Source of the DNA: Trueperaceae bacterium
GTDB taxonomy: Bacteria; Deinococcota; Deinococci; Deinococcales; Trueperaceae
NCBI GenBank assembly: GCA_965213705.1
Contig: OZ243913.1
Span: 2,336,001 to 2,400,000, forward strand
Direction of reading: 5' to 3'
DNA: 64,000 nt
The position numbers and the translations under genes were made by a program. The notes below the pieces were generated by a model. The model had not been told where the DNA came from, searched no databases, and saw nothing but the letters and a program-made list of their open reading frames with translations. This document shows positions 40,599 through 47,859 of this stretch, piece after piece. Every line of letters begins with the position of its first letter. The stretch's first letter is position 1.

Positions 40599-41372
40599 AT
40601 GACCAACCTTGCCGTCCTGAAACGTTTGGAGCAAAGCCTTCGCGACGTTGGCGCACAGTCACGCGAAATTGTCAAAACGGACGGCTTCATGGTGTTCCTC
40701 GACCTCGCCTCGAGCGCCTACCTACTCAGTTACGCCGTCCCCTCGGCAAGAGAACCCGCAGACTGGTCGCAAGCAATCGCCGCCATGCGTGAAGCGTTCG
40801 AGAGTAGAGGACGACGACCCCGCCTCGAGTATTTCCACGAACTGCATCCGGGGCTGGCCTGGGCGCTCGAGGAAGCGGGCTTCGCGCAGGACATGAGCGT
40901 TCCGGTGATGACCCTTGCGCCGGAAGATTTGGCAAAGCCGACCTCTGCCGAAGGAAGCTACGTTCGCTTGACGGCCGACGACGCGGACAGGCTCGAGCCC
41001 TTCTTGCGTGGTCAAAACCTCGCTTACGGCGGCGACGGTGGCGAGGACGCGCTTGTGTGGTTACCCAACCTGCTCGAGGGTTTGAAAGCGGGCCGGAGTT
41101 GGGTGGCGGGGCTCGAGCAAGCGGATGAGTTCGTCTCGGGGGCCATAATTCAAGGTGCTGAGGTCGGTGAACTGGCGGGCGTGTGGACGTTGCCGGACGA
41201 GCAAAAACAAGGTCTGGCGTTTCGCGTTTGCCAGCGTTTACTCTCTGACTATTTTGCGGAGGGCCACGAATGCTGGCTCTCGGCGGCGGAAGGGGCGCTC
41301 TCGCTGTACGAACATCTCGGCTTCGAGCGTGTGGGGACGCAGCTCAACTACGGGTGGCCCGAAGGTGTCTGA
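40599..41372 (+). CDS. GNAT-family acetyltransferase
   Basis: GVWTLPDEQKQGLA acetyl-CoA motif, LYEHLGF. Confidence 0.85.
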   Translation: MTNLAVLKRLEQSLRDVGAQSREIVKTDGFMVFLDLASSAYLLSYAVPSAREPADWSQAIAAMREAFESRGRRPRLEYFHELHPGLAWALEEAGFAQDMSVPVMTLAPEDLAKPTSAEGSYVRLTADDADRLEPFLRGQNLAYGGDGGEDALVWLPNLLEGLKAGRSWVAGLEQADEFVSGAIIQGAEVGELAGVWTLPDEQKQGLAFRVCQRLLSDYFAEGHECWLSAAEGALSLYEHLGFERVGTQLNYGWPEGV

Positions 41373-41379
41373 CCGAGAG

Positions 41380-42603
41380 TTATGACCTGTCGACCTCGAG
41401 CACCCCCATCACCCACCGCTGTTTTGCCTCCGGCCAGGTCTCGAAAAGCTCGACGAACCTCTCTTTGTCAACTTTATAAAGCTCCACCACATCGCGCGGC
41501 TCGAGCCTCAACAGCAACTGCTGGACGACTTCGCGCTGGTGCCCGGCGACGGTTTCATGCGGGCGCAGCAGCAACTTTGTGAGGTCGGGGGAAAGTTGTT
41601 CGGGCCGTACCCGGTCGCCCCGCTCCAACTTGGTGACGAGGTATTCAAGCTCGAGCAGCGTCTCGGGCACTTCGGACTGCAGCTCGAGCAAGCGCCCCTT
41701 GCGCTGCGGCGGCGTGAGGGCGGCGAAGTCGGTGTCGGGGTCGTGCTCGAAAAACAGGTCGGCGAGCAAAAATTCGCGCTTTTGGCGCAGCGCGTCCGGG
41801 TGGGCGCGGTACCAGGCTAAGTCAATTTCGACGAGGTTTTCGGCCTGCAGGTGCTCGAGCAGTTCGGGGTCGCGCAAAAAAACGGCGTGCCGTTTGCTCG
41901 TCAAAGCCTCGAACTCGGCTTCGTTTTCCAAAACGAGGTAGGCGTTGCCGCCACGAGAACGCAGCACAAATACGCCTCCGAAAGCCGGGGTATAGAAGTT
42001 GGCCGTTTCTTCGAAAACAACGTCGGGGATGCCCAGACGCCGCGCGCGCAGGTCGCCGTGGGTGCGAGCGCTGTCCATAATTCGCTGCCGCAGCGCTGGG
42101 TCGAACCAGGCCAGCCGCTCGTCCCTGAACCGCTCCACGAGTTCGTTTTGCTCGGCAGCGACCGCGCCGAGCCCGCCCGCGTTGGAGCGCACCGTCACCG
42201 ACTCGACCCGGAGGAGGTTTTGCGGGTTGGCGTAGGTGCTGAACCCCTGGTCGAACTCCAATTGCAGCGCGGTCTCGCGGGTCAGGTCGGCGATTTCAGC
42301 CCCAAAGCGCGCGTAGTAGCTCGCCATAAGGGGGCGCTCGAACGACATGACCGGCGCGTACAAGGCGCTGCCACGTTGGTCGACGGTGAGGATGACGGCG
42401 AACGAGTTTGCCAGACCCTGCGTCAGGTAGTAACGTTTCCCCTTTTCCGCCGCGATTTCAGGACTCCAGCCTGAGCCGTCGATTTGAAAATTGGTGAGGG
42501 TCGTCGGCGCTAGCCCGAGTTCGGTCAGCGCGTCGTTGTAGCGCTTCACGAGCGCCGGACTGGTGATGCGGACGAGGTCGGGGTAGTGGGTTTCGGGCGT
42601 CAT
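41380..42603 (-). CDS. Uncharacterised protein, DUF6638-like
   Basis: SPALVKRYN...FQIDGSGWSPEI and NFYTPAFGGVFV resemble the DUF6638 family as recalled (unverified); last gene of the AAA cluster. Confidence 0.65.
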   Translation of the reverse strand: MTPETHYPDLVRITSPALVKRYNDALTELGLAPTTLTNFQIDGSGWSPEIAAEKGKRYYLTQGLANSFAVILTVDQRGSALYAPVMSFERPLMASYYARFGAEIADLTRETALQLEFDQGFSTYANPQNLLRVESVTVRSNAGGLGAVAAEQNELVERFRDERLAWFDPALRQRIMDSARTHGDLRARRLGIPDVVFEETANFYTPAFGGVFVLRSRGGNAYLVLENEAEFEALTSKRHAVFLRDPELLEHLQAENLVEIDLAWYRAHPDALRQKREFLLADLFFEHDPDTDFAALTPPQRKGRLLELQSEVPETLLELEYLVTKLERGDRVRPEQLSPDLTKLLLRPHETVAGHQREVVQQLLLRLEPRDVVELYKVDKERFVELFETWPEAKQRWVMGVLEVDRS

Positions 42604-42640
42604 CGGTGGCCTCGAGAGCAAAGGGGTAATGAGTGAAGAA

Positions 42641-42728
42641 AGTACCGAGTACCGAGTAAAAAGTAAAAAGTGAGGTCAAAAAGGAGCGTGGTAGCATCCG
42701 CCCAAGCTTTTACCTCCCCGCTCCTTTT
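42641..42728. repeat. Heptamer repeat (agtaccg/agtaaaa) plus hairpin
   Basis: agtaccg agtaccg agtaaaa agtaaaa agtgagg, then aaaaggagcg...cgctcctttt; related arrays at 19482, 21529 and 37497. Confidence 0.75.
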
Positions 42729-42741
42729 CTCCTCAACCTGC

Positions 42742-44694
42742 TTACTTCTCATCTCTCGCCGCCACCCGCCGCGCTACCTCTTCGCGCAGCCGCACGTCCT
42801 TGACCATCTCGTCCAGGCGGCGTTCGCGCGTCACGTTCTGGATGCGGACCAAGTTGTCGAGGTACTGTACCGACTCTTGCAGCCGGATGTCCGCAAAGGA
42901 CAAGCCCTTCATGTTGGCGTGCATGAGTTCGATGAGCTTACCCTTTTTGGTTTCATAATCGGTCGCGAAAAAGAGGCTGTGGTCGTCGAACCACTCGTCG
43001 GGCAAGCCGAAATCCATCACGCGGTTGTTGACGGCTTGCTGGATGTTGCGCACGTCTCGAGAGGTGAAAAAGGGAAAAGCGGCTTGCGTTTGCCGGTAGA
43101 GTTCGGCAAAAAAGGCGTGCTGGCTGGGTTGGTAGTCACGGCGGACACGCTCGAGAACCTTACCAATTACGGCCTCTTCGGGCTCGGCGTCCCCGTCGTG
43201 CGCTTCGGACAGACTGCTCAGCCCGGCCTGGTCGGTGAGGTAGGTGTACTCCGGGTCTTGCATCTCGATGAACTTAGGGTCTATTTCCGCGTAGCGCCGC
43301 CACCACAAGTAATCCTGGTCCAAAAAGTCTTCCCGCGTTTCGGCCCCGTCCACCGGAAAGCGGGCGACGACGCGCGACAGGACGGCCTTGTCGAGCTGGT
43401 CGGGGAGGTTGGTAAAGATGTCGATGGCGGCGTTGCCGCGCTGCACCGCGTAAGCGCCCTCGGTGTAGCGCAAAAACACGCCGATGACCTCGCGCACGCC
43501 CGCCGAGACGCCCTGGCGCGTGCGGTCTTCAAGGTTGTTCTCCGCGTCGTCGATGGGCGCGTAGATGATTTTGCCGGGGTCTTGCAGGGGCCGCATCCAC
43601 GCCACCATCCGCTCGGCGCTGCCGCCCTGGAAGGTCGAGACGACCGTGTCCGGCAGCGGCCAGAACAAAAAGGGGATGCCCAACGCCTGGCAATGGTCGT
43701 GCAACATCGTCGCGGTGGCGGCGATTTGCAAACTCTTCCCGGTGCCCGGTTTGCCGTAGCCGAGGCGCAAACTCGGGAAACCGCCGAGGTCTAAAAACGG
43801 GTTGCGCTGCGCCGCTAGGTCGTAACACAGCAGCCGCTCGACCAGTCGCCGCGCCCCGTGCTTGGCCGCGCGGTTGCCGACAATTTGGTTCAGTTCGACC
43901 CGGTTGAACTCGACGCTCGAGGTCGGCCCGCCCAGGTCTATTTCAAAGCCTTGCAGGTGAAAGTCGCCGTGCTCGAGCTTGTACGCCCGCGTTGTGAACG
44001 GCTCCGCAAACGCGAACGACGCCTCGCGCAGCTTGACCTCGTCCAGCACCGCGCGGAAGTAGAGTTGCGTCATCTTGACAAAGTCCAGGTCGGTTTGGAC
44101 GGCGCTCGAGTCCAGGTACATCCCGTAGTAAAACAGGTTGCACTGCAAGGCGCGCACCGGGTTTTGCAGCGACAGCTCGGGCACGCCCTGAAAGTCGAAT
44201 TGAAGGTTGCCTAGTTCTTCCACTTTGTAATCAGCCAGCTCGAAAGAAACGTAGTAGGCGCACACGAACACCGTAATCGCCGAGGCCGTCACGTACTTGC
44301 CGCGAAACTTGGTCTTTTGGGCTTCGCTCAGGCCGCCGCGGGCGTTTTGTTCGGTGAGTTGCTCCAAACCCGAAGCTTCGGTATAAAGTTTCGAAACGTA
44401 CATCCCGAGCTTGAGGCCTTCGCGCACGACGTGGAGCGTGTGGTTCACGTCGTCGTCGAGCAGCGCCTCGTCGCGGCTCGTTTGCCGGGCGATTTTGAGG
44501 AGCGAAACGGTTTCGGTCTGCGTGGTTGCTAAAGAAGATTCACGGTAACCCGGTGTGGCGCTCGGCGCAGGACGCTCGTTCAGCACGCCCGCTTTGGGTT
44601 GCCACTCGACTCGAGCCAGAAACGCGTTAGCGCGGGCGGTGAACTCGTTGAGTTCGTCTTGCTTGATGGGTAACCAAGAAACGCTGCTATCCAT
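42742..44694 (-). CDS. Classical-clade AAA ATPase with an uncharacterised N-terminal domain
   Basis: Walker A GKPGTGKS, pore loop VVSTFQGGS, Walker B APIDDAE, sensor/SRH FTNLPDQLDKAVLSR. Confidence 0.9.
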   Translation of the reverse strand: MDSSVSWLPIKQDELNEFTARANAFLARVEWQPKAGVLNERPAPSATPGYRESSLATTQTETVSLLKIARQTSRDEALLDDDVNHTLHVVREGLKLGMYVSKLYTEASGLEQLTEQNARGGLSEAQKTKFRGKYVTASAITVFVCAYYVSFELADYKVEELGNLQFDFQGVPELSLQNPVRALQCNLFYYGMYLDSSAVQTDLDFVKMTQLYFRAVLDEVKLREASFAFAEPFTTRAYKLEHGDFHLQGFEIDLGGPTSSVEFNRVELNQIVGNRAAKHGARRLVERLLCYDLAAQRNPFLDLGGFPSLRLGYGKPGTGKSLQIAATATMLHDHCQALGIPFLFWPLPDTVVSTFQGGSAERMVAWMRPLQDPGKIIYAPIDDAENNLEDRTRQGVSAGVREVIGVFLRYTEGAYAVQRGNAAIDIFTNLPDQLDKAVLSRVVARFPVDGAETREDFLDQDYLWWRRYAEIDPKFIEMQDPEYTYLTDQAGLSSLSEAHDGDAEPEEAVIGKVLERVRRDYQPSQHAFFAELYRQTQAAFPFFTSRDVRNIQQAVNNRVMDFGLPDEWFDDHSLFFATDYETKKGKLIELMHANMKGLSFADIRLQESVQYLDNLVRIQNVTRERRLDEMVKDVRLREEVARRVAARDEK

Positions 44695-45835
44695 GTACGT
44701 TTCCGTTCGCGTCGTAGCTCAGCACTCGAGCGCCTTCGAACTCCGGCACCCGCGCGGTCAACTCGTCCAAGTGCTGCGCCAGCGCGTGCGGCAGCAGCAC
44801 ACTCCTGTGAATCACCGAGGCGCGGCGCGCGTAGCTCTCGGGGTCGGACTCGGGGATGTGGAACAGCTCGCGCACCCGGCCGCCCGGCGCGAAGAGGCTG
44901 TTCGTCACGCTTTGGCGCCTCGAGAAGACAATCTCGTCGGTGATGAACAGGACTAAGTCGTCCTCGTCACCGTAAGCTTCCAGCAACTCCAAAATCGCCC
45001 CCTGGCTTTCATCCAACACCGCGCCCTCTTGTTCCAACAGCAGCGGCGTGTACAGCGGCCCGATGCCGATGCGTTTCAAGATTTTGGGGTGGATGGGCTC
45101 GAGGGCGTCGTCAATCGCCATCGCCAGGATGCCCACGTCGGGCACGCGGCCGCCCTCGGCCCGGATAACTTCCAACAGTTGCGCGTGGTTGACTTTGCGG
45201 TGCTCGAGCGGGTCGGCCTCGTTGTTCTGTTCAAACGTCATGACGTGGACGTAGGGCCGGTTCGTCTTGAAGTCGTAGCAGGCCCACGAAGCGAGGTAGG
45301 TACGCATGTCTTTCCGCGTCGGCTCCTGTTTGATGATGTTGTCGGGCTCGAGCATGAAGGGCATGAACAGCTTGCTTTCATCCAACATCTCGAGGTAGCC
45401 GCGCTCGGCGAGTTGCCACAAAAAGTCGACGGGTTCTTGTTGGTACTTGAACAGGTAGTCGAGCGTGAGGCTTTTAAGCATACTCTCGGCGGGCAGGTCG
45501 CGCAGGCGTTCCTCGCGGTGAAGCAGGTCGACGCCGAGTGCGCTGACTTCCTGCGCGTTCGGAAAGCCGGAGTCGGTCAGGTCGACCCATAACAGCCGCG
45601 CGTGCGCGGGGCTGTGGGTGTATTTCAGCCGCAGCGTTTCGACGGTGTAGAGCAGGCGGCCTAGCGACGCGCCGACCACCGCGGCCTCGTAACTGTTTTC
45701 GCTGTCGTCCACGCGGTAGCTCTGCGCCAGCAGGTCGAACACCCGCCGCAGCAACCAAAAGTAACGCGTGTAGTCGTCGCTTTGGAGCAGCGTGAAGTCC
45801 GGGTTGTCGTGGATGAGGGAGGGTTGGTCGGTCAT
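44687..45835 (-). CDS. Uncharacterised 382-aa protein coupled to the AAA ATPase
   Basis: Long ORF with host-like codon use; 8-bp overlap with the AAA start; motifs DSGFP, WACYD, IHPKILKRIGIGPLY. Confidence 0.8.
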   Translation of the reverse strand: MTDQPSLIHDNPDFTLLQSDDYTRYFWLLRRVFDLLAQSYRVDDSENSYEAAVVGASLGRLLYTVETLRLKYTHSPAHARLLWVDLTDSGFPNAQEVSALGVDLLHREERLRDLPAESMLKSLTLDYLFKYQQEPVDFLWQLAERGYLEMLDESKLFMPFMLEPDNIIKQEPTRKDMRTYLASWACYDFKTNRPYVHVMTFEQNNEADPLEHRKVNHAQLLEVIRAEGGRVPDVGILAMAIDDALEPIHPKILKRIGIGPLYTPLLLEQEGAVLDESQGAILELLEAYGDEDDLVLFITDEIVFSRRQSVTNSLFAPGGRVRELFHIPESDPESYARRASVIHRSVLLPHALAQHLDELTARVPEFEGARVLSYDANGNVHG

Positions 45836-45874
45836 GGTCTGTGGCGGTTCAAGGTGAGACCTCGCTATAAAACA

Positions 45875-46285
45875 TTATGGCGTAAACCGCAAACCTTTTT
45901 GAAGGTTTTTGACGCTCCTCTTCCACTGAGGAAATTGTTCTTCGTTTTCACTCCAAAGCTCAAACAATTCGGAATCCTCTTGCAAAACACGTTTTAGCCC
46001 CCTTTGTGCAAGCTTAACTAGGCTGCTGTCGGCACTGATTTGATTTGCCCGCAGCCAGCTTTCTGCTTTTTCGGGTAGTTGCACGTCAAAGTCAGGGTTC
46101 AAACTGGCGACGATTGCGGCAGCGGCCACTGCTTCTTGACCGAAATCAACCTCGAGATATTCCTCTTCGGTAAGGACAATCTCAAACGTGTTTCTCAAAG
46201 GCGTAGCGTCGCTGTACTCTTGCAAAGTTCCGAGATAGTCGAGGGCTCCGTCATTATCGAAGTAAGTCGCGTCCCAAGCTCCCAT
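45875..46285 (-). CDS. DUF4259-like protein
   Basis: MGAWDATYFDNDGALD start and SELFELW C-terminal motif; AT-richer than its neighbours. Confidence 0.75.
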   Translation of the reverse strand: MGAWDATYFDNDGALDYLGTLQEYSDATPLRNTFEIVLTEEEYLEVDFGQEAVAAAAIVASLNPDFDVQLPEKAESWLRANQISADSSLVKLAQRGLKRVLQEDSELFELWSENEEQFPQWKRSVKNLQKGLRFTP

Positions 46286-46314
46286 ACTAAAGCTCCGATG
46301 CTCTACGCATAGAC

Positions 46315-47640
46315 TTAAAACGTCTCGCCCGCCTCCGCGCCTGCCTCGTCGCCGGGGTAGCTGAAAAACGAGCTTTTCGTCGGGTCGATGCCGTACTGGG
46401 ACTTGAACTGCTCGATGAGCTTGAGTTCGCGTTCGCGGATGCGGCTGATGGCCTCGGCCTGGGCGGCTCGAGCGTTGGCGATGTCGGCTATTCGCTGCGG
46501 GTGTTTTTCCATCCGGCGCATCCGGATTTCGTCCGAGACAGCTCCGGCCCGCGCCATGTACTCGACGTTGCGCTGGTCGGCCTCGGCCCCGAGGTCGTCG
46601 AGTTGCTTGGCGATGTCCTGGTCGGCCATCGCTTTCATCGCTTCGAGGCGTGAGCGAAAGGTCACCACCCGCTCTTCGGTGTCGCTGCGCAGCGCGGTAA
46701 TCCACATGCGCTGGTTGTCGCGCAGTTTCATCTGGGTGCGCTCGTGGACTTCGAGTTCCGAGGCGAACTTTTCCTTGCTCTGGAACAGCACGAAGGCGGT
46801 GTTGCGCCGCCCGCGCAACTCTTCGACCGCGGTGCGCAGTTGCGAGATTTTCTCGGTCTGTTGAGCGTGCTCGCTGGTGCCGTTGACGAGTGACTCGAGG
46901 GCGTCCTCCTCGGCGCGCAGTTTCGCCTCGGCGTCGTTGAGGCTCTGGTCGAGCTTTTCTAAGGCGCGGGCCGCTTCCTCTTTGACCTTGAACGCGGACG
47001 CTTTTTTAGCGCTGACGTTGCGGAGTTGCTTGTCGATTTCCTCTTTGCGGCGTTCCATAATCGCAATCGTCTTCTCGACGCGGAGCATAAACTCTTGCAG
47101 GGACGCTTCCATGTCGGCGCTCATGAGTCGCTGTCTGGCCTGGCGCTTCGTTTCGGACTTGGCCTCTTGCAGCCGCGCCTCGGCGGTTTGGAGGTCTTCT
47201 TCGGCGTCGGCAATGGCGCGCTCTTTGAAGAAGCGGCGTTTTTGCGCGGACTCCATCTTCTCTTGCGCCTCTTTGAGTTGGCTTTCAGCCTCGTCGAGGA
47301 TGGCCTGCTCCTCGCGCGAGGGCTGGTTTAAGTTGAGGTATTCCGAGCCCATGCTCTCGAGCACCGCGTTCAGCCCGAAGACCGCTTGGCCCAGGTCTTT
47401 TTCCTCCTGGGTCGCGTCCTTGCGGAGTTCTTCCAGGTCGGCGGTGAGGACTTTCATCCGCAAGTCGCGCTCGCGCGTGTCGCGCACCTTGGCGGCCTCG
47501 TCCATCTGCTGCTCCAGTTCGCTGAAGCGCGCCGAGAAGTCGGTCTGGTCGCGGTTGCGCGTTTCTAATTTGCTCACGGCGGTTTGCGTTTCGCCGGTGA
47601 GTTGGCTTAGAAGCTGGTCTGAACCTAGCGATTGCGTCAT
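46315..47640 (-). CDS. Long coiled-coil protein of unknown function
   Basis: About 441 aa, E/K/R/A/Q-rich with heptad pattern; AGGAGG RBS. Confidence 0.85.
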   Translation of the reverse strand: MTQSLGSDQLLSQLTGETQTAVSKLETRNRDQTDFSARFSELEQQMDEAAKVRDTRERDLRMKVLTADLEELRKDATQEEKDLGQAVFGLNAVLESMGSEYLNLNQPSREEQAILDEAESQLKEAQEKMESAQKRRFFKERAIADAEEDLQTAEARLQEAKSETKRQARQRLMSADMEASLQEFMLRVEKTIAIMERRKEEIDKQLRNVSAKKASAFKVKEEAARALEKLDQSLNDAEAKLRAEEDALESLVNGTSEHAQQTEKISQLRTAVEELRGRRNTAFVLFQSKEKFASELEVHERTQMKLRDNQRMWITALRSDTEERVVTFRSRLEAMKAMADQDIAKQLDDLGAEADQRNVEYMARAGAVSDEIRMRRMEKHPQRIADIANARAAQAEAISRIRERELKLIEQFKSQYGIDPTKSSFFSYPGDEAGAEAGETF

Positions 47641-47859
47641 ACAAAACCTCCTACGTTGCTGCACTCTGCTTCGTTCCACCTTGTATTGGCACATTCCTGG
47701 CTGTCACGTTGCCGTCACCTTTTACGCTGCCACAGTGTACGCCTTTGGGGGGGCGAACGCCTCAAACTTTAGCAGGAAGGCGAGAGCGTCAGACTAACCC
47801 CTTTGCACCCCGACCGCCCATTCCTGAAATTTCGATGAGAAATAGCCTACAATGCGGGT

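Noticed and set aside
46286..46705. N-terminal half of the 276-aa ORF 45875..46705
   Set aside because: Out-of-frame shadow of the coiled-coil gene; the family-like sequence begins at ATG 46285
46315..47640. Coiled-coil protein as SMC/Wadjet (JetC/MukB) or a second SbcC
   Set aside because: No Walker A/B, ABC signature, hinge or zinc hook; the neighbouring ATPase is AAA-type, not ABC-type
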